A DNA stretch of 64,000 bases, from positions 64,001-128,000 of the forward strand of contig JBJOKS010000006.1 of assembly GCA_046045965.1 (NCBI GenBank), read 5' to 3'. Source of the stretch: Cyanobacteriota bacterium (lineage in GTDB: Bacteria > Cyanobacteriota > Cyanobacteriia > Cyanobacteriales > Nostocaceae). A program made the position numbers and the translations under genes. The notes beneath the pieces were generated by a model, which was given only the letters and a program-made list of their open reading frames with translations, was not told the origin of the DNA and searched no databases. Positions 27,594 to 38,433 of the stretch are shown piece by piece (position 1 is the stretch's first letter; the number at the start of each line of letters is the position of its first letter).

Positions 27594-30500
27594 TTACCTG
27601 GATTCAATGGTTTCCACTCGGAAGCGTTCCACAGAGGCGATCAAGTCGCGGGACACTCCCACCAAGTGTTGTAAGGCTCCGGAAACTCGCTGGGCTTCTT
27701 GGGAAGTTTCTTGGGCTGTGAGTTCCACTGATTGCATCACCTGAGCTACAGCGAGAGAAGTTTCCGTCTGTTCTACGGTATCAGTGGTAATTGAGCGTAC
27801 CAGACCGTCGATATGATCGGCTACCTGGATGATGTTTTCTAGCGATCGCTTGGCTTCTTCTGCTAGTTTTGTGCCTTTAATTACCTGTTGTGTACCTTCT
27901 TCCATCGCCGTCATGACAGAGCTAGTTTCGCTCTGAATTTGCATGACGATTTGTTCAATTTCTTTCAAAGATTTGGCAGATTTGTCTGCTAACTGCCGCA
28001 CTTCATCTGCTACAATCGCAAATCCCCTGCCAGCTTCTCCGGCTCTTGCTGCCTCAATACTGGCGTTGAGTGCCAAGAGGTTGGTTCTAGAAGCAATCTG
28101 AGATACCAAGGCGACGATAGAGTTAATTTCTTGCGAAGATTCCGCCAACCGTTTCACTTTTCTGGTTGTTTCTGCCACTGTTTCCCGAATTTCCAAAATC
28201 CCCGCTACAGTATTTTCTACTGCTTCTCCTCCTTTGACTGCGATCACGCTGGCATCACGGGCTACAGTTTCTGCTTCTTTGGCTGCCACTGCTACCCGTT
28301 TAATAGATTCCGTCATCACTTGTACGGAATTGAGGGTGACAGCCAACTCTTCTGCTTGACGCAAAGCATCACCTGATAAGGCTCTAGCGAAGGTTTCTGA
28401 GTTGGTTGAACCTTTGGTAACATCCCTGGCCGCCACTTTCACCTGTTGGACAATATCCCGCAGGTTTTGAATTGTCAGGTTAAAGGCATCAGCTACTGCT
28501 CCCAGTACATCGGCTGTCACTTCAGCTTGCACTGTTAAATCTCCTCTAGCGGCTCCTTCCACATCGTCTAAGAGGCGAATCACTTGGCGTTGCAGGTTTT
28601 CTTTGGCTTCTTCTTGTTCTACTGCTTTCCGCTGGGCTTCATTAGTAGTCATGAAAATGACCCGTGCCATATCGTTAAAGCTGGTAGATAAGTACCCTAA
28701 TTCATCCTCTGAGTAAACTGTTGCCTGAACATTGAGATTTCCTTCTCGGACAGCATCAAACTGAGCTTGCAAATCTTTGGTAGTACGTCGAATTTGCTTG
28801 AGTGTCAGATTACCCATAAAGCCAGCTGTCATTCCCCCGGCCAGTCCTGCGGCTAAAGCCATTGCCCAACCTGTATTCTGCACTGACTTTCGTTGTGAGG
28901 CTGGAGAAAATGAAGTGGCTCCAAAACTGATTAAAGAGGCTACCACGACTGAGGTTACACCCACTGTAACCCCTATATACCATTGCTTTTTCTCTAGAGA
29001 GGCATTTTCAAAGAATCCAAATAAGCCCTGCTCAACACTGACGTTGGGTTCTAGTTTAGAAACTTCTGGTTGGGTAAATACAGGAACTGCTTCTTGTGCG
29101 CCTGTAATTGTGAATAATTCCTCATCACGGTCAACATCGTCATTATTAATGGAGAAATCTTCGTTAAAGCTATTGCTACCAGTAGCTGCCTTTTCCCTGG
29201 TTTCAGATAATAACCCCATATCGCTGTAGCTAGAATCTTCAGCTAGGTCAAAGCTGGGAATACTACCTAAATCATCAAATTCGTCAAAATCGCCTAAAAA
29301 CTCGATATTGTTGGGAGAATTTTCTTCCCGTGCTACAGGATTGGCATCTTCATCAGTGGTAAAGCTTTCTGAGCCAAAGGCGGACTCAAATGCCTCTAAA
29401 TCGAAACTATCATCATCATCATCAAAGTCATTGGAGTTATATCTGGTATCTAAATGCACCTGCTGTCCATTAGTAGCAAAATTGTTGTTCAAAGATGATG
29501 AAATTTGGGTACTTGAGTCAGGATCTGTTGCAGGTTCTAACTTCTCTGGAATTTGTTCTCTCCAATTATGATCTGGGCTACTCAAATATGTATTTACACT
29601 GTTGTCTCTTAAATCATTTCTATTTAAATCATGATTGATTTCCTGTTCAGCAATGACTGAATTAATATCTTCTTGGCTATGATTGGCAACGCTCAAATTC
29701 TCCAGCTTCATATCTTCAAAGTCTGGTGCATATTCTTCCATCATTAATTCAGGCGCACTTTGCCAGTTATTGTCAGCGGAAAGATTAATTTCTCCCAAAT
29801 ATAAATTAATCTGCTCCTCACTGGTTGCTGAAGCTTCCTCTTCTGAATTTACATCGAGGTCAGCAAAATGACTATTTTCTCCTGATTCACCAATATTTTC
29901 TGATGAAATGCCTTTTTGCCAGAAAGAAGGTAACTCTAAATCTCCTAGTGCTTGAGCATCATCGTTAGTTGCTTCTAACTCTAAGAATGGTTGATCTAAA
30001 GTTAGTGGTAACTCTAAATCTCCTAGTGCTTGAGCATCATCGTCAGTTGCTTCTAACTCTGAGAATGGTTGATCTAAAGTTAGTGGTAACTCTAAATCTC
30101 CTAGTGCTTGAGCATCATTGTTAGTTGCTTCTAACTCTGAGAATGGTTGATCTAAAGCGAAAGGATCATGACCAAAATCTATTGAGTGATCCTGTAGTTG
30201 ATCCAATTCAACCTGATCAAATTCAACACTATTGAAACTATCTAAATCACTTGCAAACGGATTACTCAAAGATATATCTTCAATAGCATCTTTAGATGGT
30301 TCATATTCACCAAAGGCTTTCAGATCAAAGTTGGTGTTGTCCAAGTCTCTACTAACTCCTAAATCTAGTAAATCTGCTGCATCAGTTACCAGACCATTAG
30401 ACACTTCTACAGAATTTATAGGTGAATGAGGCTCGACTGAGAATTGATCCTCACCAAAAGCCTCAAAGTATTGTTTAATACTTTCAAGATAGTTGGTAGC

Positions 30501-30740
30501 AGAGCCTAGAATTTCTTGATCATCTGTTAAATGGAACACGTTCTCATATTCTGCTTTGGCGATCTCGAATTGCTGTAAAACATAGTAGATGTGACCCCGC
30601 AACAGATGAGAATTGGGGTCATTTGGTAAGTTATGCACCGCTTGGTCTATTAAAGTAGCGGCGGCTTCATAATCCCCTTCTGTATAGGCTGTTAGTGCCT
30701 GCTGATATTTTGAATTGCGATCATCTATATTTACTACCAT
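27594..30740 (-). CDS. hmpD: Methyl-accepting chemotaxis protein with N-terminal TPR, HmpD/PilJ
   Basis: [34 protein letters not shown] signalling hairpin, HAMP, two TM helices and an N-terminal TPR. Confidence 0.92.
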   Translation of the reverse strand: MVVNIDDRNSKYQQALTAYTEGDYEAAATLIDQAVHNLPNDPNSHLLRGHIYYVLQQFEIAKAEYENVFHLTDDQEILGSATNYLESIKQYFEAFGEDQFSVEPHSPINSVEVSNGLVTDAADLLDLGVSRDLDNTNFDLKAFGEYEPSKDAIEDISLSNPFASDLDSFNSVEFDQVELDQLQDHSIDFGHDPFALDQPFSELEATNNDAQALGDLELPLTLDQPFSELEATDDDAQALGDLELPLTLDQPFLELEATNDDAQALGDLELPSFWQKGISSENIGESGENSHFADLDVNSEEEASATSEEQINLYLGEINLSADNNWQSAPELMMEEYAPDFEDMKLENLSVANHSQEDINSVIAEQEINHDLNRNDLRDNSVNTYLSSPDHNWREQIPEKLEPATDPDSSTQISSSLNNNFATNGQQVHLDTRYNSNDFDDDDDSFDLEAFESAFGSESFTTDEDANPVAREENSPNNIEFLGDFDEFDDLGSIPSFDLAEDSSYSDMGLLSETREKAATGSNSFNEDFSINNDDVDRDEELFTITGAQEAVPVFTQPEVSKLEPNVSVEQGLFGFFENASLEKKQWYIGVTVGVTSVVVASLISFGATSFSPASQRKSVQNTGWAMALAAGLAGGMTAGFMGNLTLKQIRRTTKDLQAQFDAVREGNLNVQATVYSEDELGYLSTSFNDMARVIFMTTNEAQRKAVEQEEAKENLQRQVIRLLDDVEGAARGDLTVQAEVTADVLGAVADAFNLTIQNLRDIVQQVKVAARDVTKGSTNSETFARALSGDALRQAEELAVTLNSVQVMTESIKRVAVAAKEAETVARDASVIAVKGGEAVENTVAGILEIRETVAETTRKVKRLAESSQEINSIVALVSQIASRTNLLALNASIEAARAGEAGRGFAIVADEVRQLADKSAKSLKEIEQIVMQIQSETSSVMTAMEEGTQQVIKGTKLAEEAKRSLENIIQVADHIDGLVRSITTDTVEQTETSLAVAQVMQSVELTAQETSQEAQRVSGALQHLVGVSRDLIASVERFRVETIESR
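29929..30157 (-). repeat. Three tandem 78-bp (26-aa) repeats inside hmpD
   Basis: LDQPF(S/L)[18 protein letters not shown](LT) three times. On the plus strand the units start at 29929, 30007 and 30085. Confidence 0.95.
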
Positions 30741-30756
30741 TTCCTCCCTCCCAACT

Positions 30757-31311
30757 TCAACCTGCCCACCTAGCACTCCGCAAAATTGCTGTTTGATCAA
30801 TCAGCCTTAGATACTTATTATTTTCAGGATCTAACCATTCTCCCCGGAGAAAAGGAGCCATCGTATCTGGTACATTATTTGGTGGCATTAGATACTGTAC
30901 ATCAAGCCAACCCATACCACAGATTTGGTCTACTCCTAAGCCTACTATGATGTCTTGATCTTCAATAGCAATGACTGGTATCTCAGACCTATCGGTGTTT
31001 AATGGTGTTACCTCCCCCAGAAATTGACCCAAATCTGCTACCCAAATTAATCGACCTCGTAAATTTAGAGTACCCAAAAGAAGTGGAGAAGCATTAGGAA
31101 TCGGAGTAATACGATCAGGACTTAGTTCTATGACTTCCCTAATACCAGTTGCTGGTAATGCAAACTCCTGATGGGAAGGAATATAAAATCTTAAATGTAA
31201 CTCGCCTTTTGGGTCTATGGCTTGTGCCACGCTATCAGGACTTTCTATTTGTAATTCTGGGCGAAATTGGTCTTGACCACTGCCACTTAAAAAGTCTGGT
31301 TTACTGACCAT
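30757..31311 (-). CDS. hmpC: CheW-like protein HmpC/PilI
   Basis: [20 protein letters not shown], and its position in the operon. Confidence 0.9.
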   Translation of the reverse strand: MVSKPDFLSGSGQDQFRPELQIESPDSVAQAIDPKGELHLRFYIPSHQEFALPATGIREVIELSPDRITPIPNASPLLLGTLNLRGRLIWVADLGQFLGEVTPLNTDRSEIPVIAIEDQDIIVGLGVDQICGMGWLDVQYLMPPNNVPDTMAPFLRGEWLDPENNKYLRLIDQTAILRSARWAG

Positions 31312-31324
31312 GTTTTTATCATCC

Positions 31325-31690
31325 TTATCCTCGCAGTAGTTGTTTGACTGTTCCTACCAACTCGGTTGGTTGAAACGGTTTGGCTATATAAGCGTCGGCT
31401 CCCTGTTTCATCCCCCAGTAGCGATCAAATTCTTCTCCTTTAGAAGAACACATGACCACGGGGACATTTTGGGTTTTGGGATCGGATTTTAACCGCCGAC
31501 ATAGTTCGTAGCCGTTCATCCGAGGCATGACAATATCTAAAACTACTAAATCGGGTGGTGTGCTTTGAATGGTTTCTAAAGCTTCTACTCCGTCTCCAGC
31601 ATGGGTGACAGTCAAGCCACTAGCTTTGAGGAGATCTGTAATCATCTCCCTTTGGGCAATACTGTCTTCGACAATCAGAACTGTACTCAT
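31325..31690 (-). CDS. hmpB: CheY-like response regulator HmpB/PilH
   Basis: Single REC domain with VEDS, LDIVMP and KPF. Confidence 0.92.
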   Translation of the reverse strand: MSTVLIVEDSIAQREMITDLLKASGLTVTHAGDGVEALETIQSTPPDLVVLDIVMPRMNGYELCRRLKSDPKTQNVPVVMCSSKGEEFDRYWGMKQGADAYIAKPFQPTELVGTVKQLLRG

Positions 31691-31882
31691 AAATACCTAT
31701 CTACCTCCTAATTCAAACTTTCTTTTCTGGAATGTTCACCAGTTCTCTTACCAGTTTTTTGTATAAATTAATTCTAGTCTTTAACTAATTTACTGAGTAT
31801 GGTTGTTTTACTGGAGTTAGCTGATTCTGTGATAACATTTTTTACCCTATCTTTGAGCAAATCCACAAGTCTTGTCTTGTGT

Positions 31883-33085
31883 TTATATTCCCACACTAAA
31901 ATCTAGGTTGATATATTTTTCTACTAGCATAAGTAATTCTGTATCTGTAAATGGTTTGGTTAAATAATCTGTAGCTCCAACCATCCTGGCTCTGACACGA
32001 TCAATAAATCCTTCTTTGCCAGTCAGCATGATAATTGGTACAAGTCGAAATGCTGTAGAATGTCGCAGCATGGTGCAAATTTCGTATCCATCCAATTCGG
32101 GCATGGCAATGTCGCATAAAATTAAATTGGGCTTGAGTTGAAATACGAGACTCAGGGCTTCTAACGGTTGGGTGATGGAAATTGCTTCATAGCCTTGTGG
32201 TTGCAGGATTGACTCTACGGTTTCACAGATGGAGATGGAGTCTTCAATACATACTATCCGCCCCTTGTTGTCTGGTATATCCCACCTTGGTATTTGAGTA
32301 TGGGGACTAGACGTGACTGAATATACTAATTGTAGCCATCCCTGTTGTACGTAAGGATATATTGCTTTGGCAACGGTTAAAATGTCACGATTCAGATAAC
32401 GAGCCAATTGGCGTAAAGATGTTTTACCATCTGCCCAATGTTGTAATTTATTCACTGTTGATACTGGTAGTGAGTCGGTCAATCTAGCGATATCAGCCAG
32501 CACTGGCAACTGTTCCGGCGATTGAATGTGTGGATATAGCTGCTTCCATTCTTGCACCTGCTTGGTGATTTTTGTTACTAAGTAGTTGATTTCCAAGCTG
32601 GTTAACTGGGGAACAAGTGCCGCTCCTAAATCGAAAATAAAACTACCCTGGTGTAAACTCAACAGATCAAACAGTGTCTCATGTACTAAGCCGTGAATAA
32701 TATTCCGGGCTGCTTTTGGGGTAATAATATTCTGCTCTAAAAGCGCCCAAATGTAGGCATACTCTGGGGAATTTGTTGATTCTAAGGTCGCAAGTTGCAT
32801 TTTGTTCAGCCTTTGCTCAACTCGGTAATGACGCAGGTAATCATCAATCCGGGATAAATTACTTTCACCAGCTTGACAGTAGACTATTTGACCGTTTAGA
32901 AAAAATACAAACCAGGATAGTGGTTGGCTCTCCGTGGCAAAACGACCTTTGGTGCTATCTTCACTACTCGATTTGTGACTTTGGTAAGTGTTGTGCGCCT
33001 CTACCCATAACTGCCCAGTTCTTTGTCCTAAAGAAATCAGTTGTAGGATACTACAAATATCAATCTCGTTTAAATTTCCCTGCAT
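31883..33085 (-). CDS. hmpA: PatA-type response regulator HmpA/PilG
   Basis: N-terminal PATAN (MQGNLNEID..ILQLISLGQRTG) plus a C-terminal REC domain. Confidence 0.88.
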   Translation of the reverse strand: MQGNLNEIDICSILQLISLGQRTGQLWVEAHNTYQSHKSSSEDSTKGRFATESQPLSWFVFFLNGQIVYCQAGESNLSRIDDYLRHYRVEQRLNKMQLATLESTNSPEYAYIWALLEQNIITPKAARNIIHGLVHETLFDLLSLHQGSFIFDLGAALVPQLTSLEINYLVTKITKQVQEWKQLYPHIQSPEQLPVLADIARLTDSLPVSTVNKLQHWADGKTSLRQLARYLNRDILTVAKAIYPYVQQGWLQLVYSVTSSPHTQIPRWDIPDNKGRIVCIEDSISICETVESILQPQGYEAISITQPLEALSLVFQLKPNLILCDIAMPELDGYEICTMLRHSTAFRLVPIIMLTGKEGFIDRVRARMVGATDYLTKPFTDTELLMLVEKYINLDFSVGI

Positions 33086-33723
33086 TTACCTACAATACCC
33101 TCCTTGGCATTCTAGAAAGAATACTTTATTAATTGTCACCTTCAACTTTTCCCTGTTTCCAGTAGAATGACAGGATAATTATTTGTGACAAACAGTCTGG
33201 GAACTTTAAGATATGATCATTTGGTGATAGATGTGGAAAAAGTTAGTGTTCACACGGTAGTCATAGTCACTATTTTGAATAGAGGATATAAAAGATGGGA
33301 TTTAGCTAGGTGTACCAAATATCAAGATATATCAATATGTGAGATATCACTTACATAAATAGTTTTATCTTTCTTGTACTGCTAAACTGATGTTAAACAA
33401 GATCGGTTCACAGCATAATTTAAGGTGTTCCCACTTACGGAGATCATGACTCAAAAGCAGTTAAATTTAAATCTAGTAGTTGCAGAATCAGAACTAAACT
33501 CTATAGAGCGAGTAATGGTTTATTGATTCATGTTGATGTAAAGGATAGTTTGAATATTTTACGTAAATTAGTCCCGACAACTTTATAGTCTAGGGATAAG
33601 GGGTGTTGTAGTTCGCCCTGTTGGGATTATTCCCGGCAAACAAAGGGCATAAGATATTTGTCTATGCTTTTTGCAACTATATACCAAAACACAGACGTAA
33701 AGTACATCAAAAGGACTAGCGGT

Positions 33724-35484
33724 GTGCTGTATTTAGCAGAAGTACAAAAGCAGAGAGGCGGTTTATTGGGTGGCGGTGCTAAAACTGAACTCAAGTTACT
33801 AGCTTGTCAACGCAGTGACCAGAATTGGAGTAATGTGTCAGAAGAAACTATTGCGGCTGAAGAAGCAAGCAAGTTGAATGATGGCGCACTCGTACTAGTG
33901 GAACTGAGTCCGAATCGTCAAGTGCAGCGGATTCAAGAGGCTGGAAGGCCACTAGTAAATATTTTGCAGAATTTTTCCCGTCAAATGGAAAAATTTAAGC
34001 TCAAAGAAGATGAGATTGACCAATGGAAGCAGTCACTAATGTTCCAAGTCCAAGAGCTAAATCGCCGAGAAATGGACATGGAAGCACGGTGGGAACAACT
34101 ACAACACCTGGAAAATGAGGTGCAACGCTTAGAAGAACACAAACAGGAAGTTGCAAAATCCCGTGAGCAAATTGAAAAGTTGCGGACAGAAGTTGAACGC
34201 AATCGTTACGAACTGGAAGGGGCTTGGGAGCATTTACGAGGTGAACAGCGTCGTCTTGATGAACTTAAATCAAATTCCCCCCAGGGTGCAGTTTTAGATC
34301 AGGGTCAAAGTCAACTAATCGCTGATTTACTCAATCGCTTATCTAATGGTGTAAGTTCTACTGGTATATTGCGGGAAAACCTCAATTTTACTTTTGAACT
34401 CGTAGAAAAGCAACAAGCTACTCTTAACCCACATTGGCAACATCTGGAGTTGCAGCGCCATTTGGCTCAACAACAACAAGGAGAAGTTGAACAGCTTGCT
34501 CAAATTTTGGGCGATCGCCAAGCGGACTTTCAACAAATCCAGGATTCTTTTCAGCAGGAAATAACTCAGTTACAACTGACTAAAACACAACTGAACAATA
34601 AACGGGATTTGTCTGTCATACTCCAAGAGCAATTGCGAAATCACGAAGATTTATACCAACATATCCAGAGTCTACTGGCTATGTCTGGGAATGTGGTTTT
34701 CGAACACCAAGTTGATGTGGAAGCTTTGCAAAACTTACCTTTGGAAGAATTGCAAAAAATGGCACAAGACTTGCAAGATAAACTAGAAATTGACTCTAGT
34801 TTCGTTCGAGACCAGGAACAGGAGCTAAATTACAAAGAACAAGCTATACAAGAACTAGAAGCAAAAATACAGCAAGCATCTGGAGAAGAGTTAAAAAATT
34901 TAGAAGCAGAACTAGCTGAAGAAAAAGACCTCTATCTCATGCTTAATAAAAGTCTAAAACCACAACGCAATAATTTACTAAAGCAGGAGCATATTTTTAA
35001 ACAACATCAAAATATACTACTACAAAGACAAGGACAGTCTGCTCCCAATTCTACAGGTGATAACGCAATCAATTTAGAGTCGCTGCTTTCCCAAATTGAC
35101 AGCCAACGACAACAACAGTCCCAGGAACTGCAAAAGCTAGAAACTGAGATTCAACAGTTGAGTGCTGATCTTGAGAGTAAGCAAGGGGAAATTGATCATC
35201 AAACCCATGAGTTAGAGTCTAAGCGTCAAGAACTTAAATCAATGGCAGAACAATTACTCAACTTGCAAACAGCAACCGCTGAATGTTGGGGCAGGGTAAA
35301 ACTTTATCAAGAAGCTCTACAACCTATTCAAGATTGTTTGGATGGTTTACGGGATAAGCTGCAAGCAATTTCTGACTCTTTAAATCACGTTCAAGAAAGT
35401 GGTGATTCTCAACTTCAGACTATTACCCAGATGCGTCAGACTATTCAAAGTTGGATTCCTCAAGGAGAGTTGTTAGCTTCTTAG
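33724..35484 (+). CDS. hmpF: Coiled-coil pilus motility protein HmpF
   Basis: (M)LYLAEVQKQ..KTELKLLACQR N-terminus and a long coiled coil, divergent from hmpA. Start set at GTG 33724. Confidence 0.9.
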   Translation: MLYLAEVQKQRGGLLGGGAKTELKLLACQRSDQNWSNVSEETIAAEEASKLNDGALVLVELSPNRQVQRIQEAGRPLVNILQNFSRQMEKFKLKEDEIDQWKQSLMFQVQELNRREMDMEARWEQLQHLENEVQRLEEHKQEVAKSREQIEKLRTEVERNRYELEGAWEHLRGEQRRLDELKSNSPQGAVLDQGQSQLIADLLNRLSNGVSSTGILRENLNFTFELVEKQQATLNPHWQHLELQRHLAQQQQGEVEQLAQILGDRQADFQQIQDSFQQEITQLQLTKTQLNNKRDLSVILQEQLRNHEDLYQHIQSLLAMSGNVVFEHQVDVEALQNLPLEELQKMAQDLQDKLEIDSSFVRDQEQELNYKEQAIQELEAKIQQASGEELKNLEAELAEEKDLYLMLNKSLKPQRNNLLKQEHIFKQHQNILLQRQGQSAPNSTGDNAINLESLLSQIDSQRQQQSQELQKLETEIQQLSADLESKQGEIDHQTHELESKRQELKSMAEQLLNLQTATAECWGRVKLYQEALQPIQDCLDGLRDKLQAISDSLNHVQESGDSQLQTITQMRQTIQSWIPQGELLAS

Positions 35485-35508
35485 AAAAGATGGAGCGGGG
35501 AAAAACAC

Positions 35509-36501
35509 TCATTCATCAGTCCTCTGCAATATACAGATCCACTCACCTTGTACTATGGCTGTCACACCTCCGGGAAAAGGATCGGTTTGAGAACGATTTG
35601 GTGCTGTAATTAAAGCTGTGATTTTTTCAATGTGTTCAAAGTTGGGAGCATCAGGTAATATTTGCTGTAATACCTGACGCATCACCCGACGTTGCAATGC
35701 TAGGGGCTGTTTTTGCAAAAGATGACGATTGATACGTAAATCACCTTTCTCACCCTTTGCTGAGGCTTCTAGGCGCAATTGATGGGCATTTTGTTCTAGG
35801 TATTCTACCTCAGCTTGTAAAAGTTCTGCTGTTTGTGCTAAGTGGGATTCTACTTGGGGGTTGAAATTTTGTTGGAGATATGGTAAGAGTTGGTTACGAA
35901 TGCGATTTCGTGCGTATTGTAAATTCTGATTTGTGGAATCTTCCCAAATTGGCAAGTTAAAATCTTGACAAAATTTTCCTGTTTGAGCGCGGGTCAGTTC
36001 TAAAAGTGGACGCACTAGGGTAATGTTTTCAGTAAGTGGACGTTGCCAAGTTAAAGCTTGTAAACCATCAGCACCAGTACCCCGCATGAGGTTGTAGAGT
36101 AAAGTTTCTGCGCGATCGCTTGCTGTGTGTCCCGTAATGATATATTGATAATTATAAGTTTGGGCAATATTCGTTAAAACCTGATAACGCCAACTTCTAG
36201 CTGTAGCTTCACTATTAACAGGATTTGTAGCTGTTTCTAAATAAAAAGGTAGATTCCAAGTTTGTGCTAAATGTTGTACATGATCAGCATTAGCTTGGGA
36301 GTCAGCACGCCAACGATGATCACAATGAGCTACAGCTAAACTCCATTCCCATTTAGGTTGTAAATCTAATAATAATTTAATTAAACACAAAGAATCTTGT
36401 CCACCAGAAACTGCGACTAATAGCTTTTGCTTAGGTGCAAATAAACCACGGGCGCGGATGGTACGATGTATTTGGGCGTGGAGAGGAGTCCATAAGCTCA
36501 T
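35509..36501 (-). CDS. tilS: tRNA(Ile)-lysidine synthetase
   Basis: AVSGGQDS PP-loop, EATAR, TGHTASDRAET and RNRIR. Confidence 0.95.
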   Translation of the reverse strand: MSLWTPLHAQIHRTIRARGLFAPKQKLLVAVSGGQDSLCLIKLLLDLQPKWEWSLAVAHCDHRWRADSQANADHVQHLAQTWNLPFYLETATNPVNSEATARSWRYQVLTNIAQTYNYQYIITGHTASDRAETLLYNLMRGTGADGLQALTWQRPLTENITLVRPLLELTRAQTGKFCQDFNLPIWEDSTNQNLQYARNRIRNQLLPYLQQNFNPQVESHLAQTAELLQAEVEYLEQNAHQLRLEASAKGEKGDLRINRHLLQKQPLALQRRVMRQVLQQILPDAPNFEHIEKITALITAPNRSQTDPFPGGVTAIVQGEWICILQRTDE

Positions 36502-36648
36502 TTTTCTGTTGCGGCTAGTGCATGATTTTACTGGACAGGGATAGATTTAAGGTTAATAAAATATAGGTTTATTTTGATTTTCCTTGTTCCCATCCTATGT
36601 ATAGTAATGAATTACAGAAAGTCTCATGTAATCAAGCTTGAGAATAAG

Positions 36649-37953
36649 TTATTTATAACGTCTTTTAATATATTTTTTAATTAAAGGATTCAGAACCCAA
36701 AGTATTTTATCTCCTGCTAATATATCCGCTTTCTCAATCAAACGAACTTGCCATAAATGATCTATAGCTTGACTAATTTCTCCCTTAGAGGGGAAAAATT
36801 GAGCTATTTGAGAAATTAATTGTGGCTCTGTAGCTATGGCTAATTTTTGCATAATTTGAATTTCTAGGTTTGACAAATAGGAAGAAAAGAGTTTATCCAG
36901 CAATCCGCTCATCACATTAGGTATAAAAATTGTTCCTTCCAGAAATTCATAAATTTGTCTATTATGAATATTTTTAATTGGTTCAGAAGCCAGAATTAAA
37001 GCTAATGGATGTCCCTTGTAGATTTCAATTAGTTGTTCTATTCCTGGATTTACAAGTCCCAACTCTGTCAATAGGGTTTTAGCATCTTGATATTCTAAAC
37101 CGCATAATGAAAGTTGCTGAATATTTCTTCTATGACCAAGTACATCTATTACTCCAGGTTTTTGTATACTGGTAAATACCAAGCAGCTTTGATGTTCTGA
37201 TTCCCCAATTCTTTTTAAGAATCTCTCATATTGATATTTTTGTTCATTGTCTAATGATTCACCCTTTGCCATCACACCTTCCCATTGATCAAATATCAAC
37301 AAACAACGATTATCTGTTAAGAAACTAATCAGGTTTGTAGTTCTCCGATCTATAGCTGTTTCTGAACTGCTCGATGAAAAAGACAATTCAACATCAGTTA
37401 AAATTTCTGCCAAGGAAGGGGAATATTCAAGACTCTTCCAAATAACATAATCAAAATCATTTTTAACCTTTTCAACTAACTCCCTCACAAGCGCAGATTT
37501 ACCAATCCCATTTATCCCCAAAACACCTACCACACGACAGCTTTCAGTAACTATCCATTTTTGTAAATCAGACAGTTCTTGTTCTCGTCCATAAAAATCA
37601 CTTACATCTGGTGCTTCCAGCAAATTTCTATGTGAATTTATCTGTGAGATAGGCTTAGTTTTTCCTTCCCTCACAGGTTCTTTCTTTTCTTTTAAAAGTT
37701 CGTCTAGCACTAATCGACAATTCTTTTTATTTACATTTGTTCCTATAATTCTACTCAGTTTCTTGAATAATTCGGGACCTTTAATAATCATGATAGTACC
37801 GGGAGCATAACTTGGAATTTTCATCTGTTTGTATGGTTCATCTTTGAGAGAATATTCCAGAATCGCTTCTTCACAAGGATCTAAATCTAAATCTATTCCT
37901 TTTTCCAGCTTTACCCAATCTTTAAATAGTTTGATTAACTCTTTCGCATCCAT
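36649..37953 (-). CDS. STAND NTPase: N-terminal HTH-like domain, NB-ARC and winged helix, with no WD40/TPR sensor
   Basis: APDVSDFYGREQEL, Walker A GINGIGKS, VIWKSL, Walker B CLLIFD, LVFTS and GHPLAL. Ends at LNPLIKKYI. Start set at MDAKE. Confidence 0.85.
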   Translation of the reverse strand: MDAKELIKLFKDWVKLEKGIDLDLDPCEEAILEYSLKDEPYKQMKIPSYAPGTIMIIKGPELFKKLSRIIGTNVNKKNCRLVLDELLKEKKEPVREGKTKPISQINSHRNLLEAPDVSDFYGREQELSDLQKWIVTESCRVVGVLGINGIGKSALVRELVEKVKNDFDYVIWKSLEYSPSLAEILTDVELSFSSSSSETAIDRRTTNLISFLTDNRCLLIFDQWEGVMAKGESLDNEQKYQYERFLKRIGESEHQSCLVFTSIQKPGVIDVLGHRRNIQQLSLCGLEYQDAKTLLTELGLVNPGIEQLIEIYKGHPLALILASEPIKNIHNRQIYEFLEGTIFIPNVMSGLLDKLFSSYLSNLEIQIMQKLAIATEPQLISQIAQFFPSKGEISQAIDHLWQVRLIEKADILAGDKILWVLNPLIKKYIKRRYK

Positions 37954-38003
37954 AGTCCAGTTTTCTCTCAAGCTCGTATTATGGATTGTATCTTAATTTG
38001 CAC

Positions 38004-38088
38004 TAACTTTATTAACTTTATTAGTTTTATTAGGCTTAAATACTGATAATTAGTTAGTAATGACGATTACATATAATGATGAGATACT
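38004..38088 (+). promoter_or_regulatory. Three 9-bp tandem repeats (TAACTTTAT x2, TAGTTTTAT) plus TTAGTAATGAC-N19-ATACT
   Basis: Visible directly; the same arrangement recurs at 39903-39994. Confidence 0.65.
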
Positions 38089-38120
38089 TTTTTGTGTAAG
38101 GACAAAAAAAAGAGGTTTAT

Positions 38121-38312
38121 ATGGCTAGTCAATACTTATTCAGGGTTAATATTGCAGATCAAATGGTTTCCCTATCAGAATTTGTGAACGTCAACAGACA
38201 AGATAATAATTGGCAGTTCATGTCAGTACAATCACCGGAATTAAGAAATATTTTATTTACACAGAGTTATGAGGGAGGGGATGATGATGATCCAATTGTT
38301 CCACCTAACTAA
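38121..38312 (+). CDS. 63-aa peptide with an acidic GGDDDDPIVPPN tail
   Basis: AGAGG RBS just upstream of the ATG, and the shared upstream repeat architecture. No family recognised. Confidence 0.65.
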   Translation: MASQYLFRVNIADQMVSLSEFVNVNRQDNNWQFMSVQSPELRNILFTQSYEGGDDDDPIVPPN

Positions 38313-38433
38313 TTGATCAAATACGGCTTTTCCAAAATTCTCAAGAAAGCAAGATCATGGTTTGTGCAGATGAAAGTTGCTCTTATAAATCTTTATTTTT
38401 TTGAATAGTAAATGCACTTTCATCTGATCTAAT

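Noticed and set aside
22936..30429. Several plus-strand ORFs inside hmpE and hmpD
   Set aside because: Antisense shadows of long genes, with no independent motifs.
33086..33723. SigJ-type (GGGAATACT-like) promoters in the hmpA-hmpF intergenic region
   Set aside because: Only partial matches, which cannot be assigned without TSS data.
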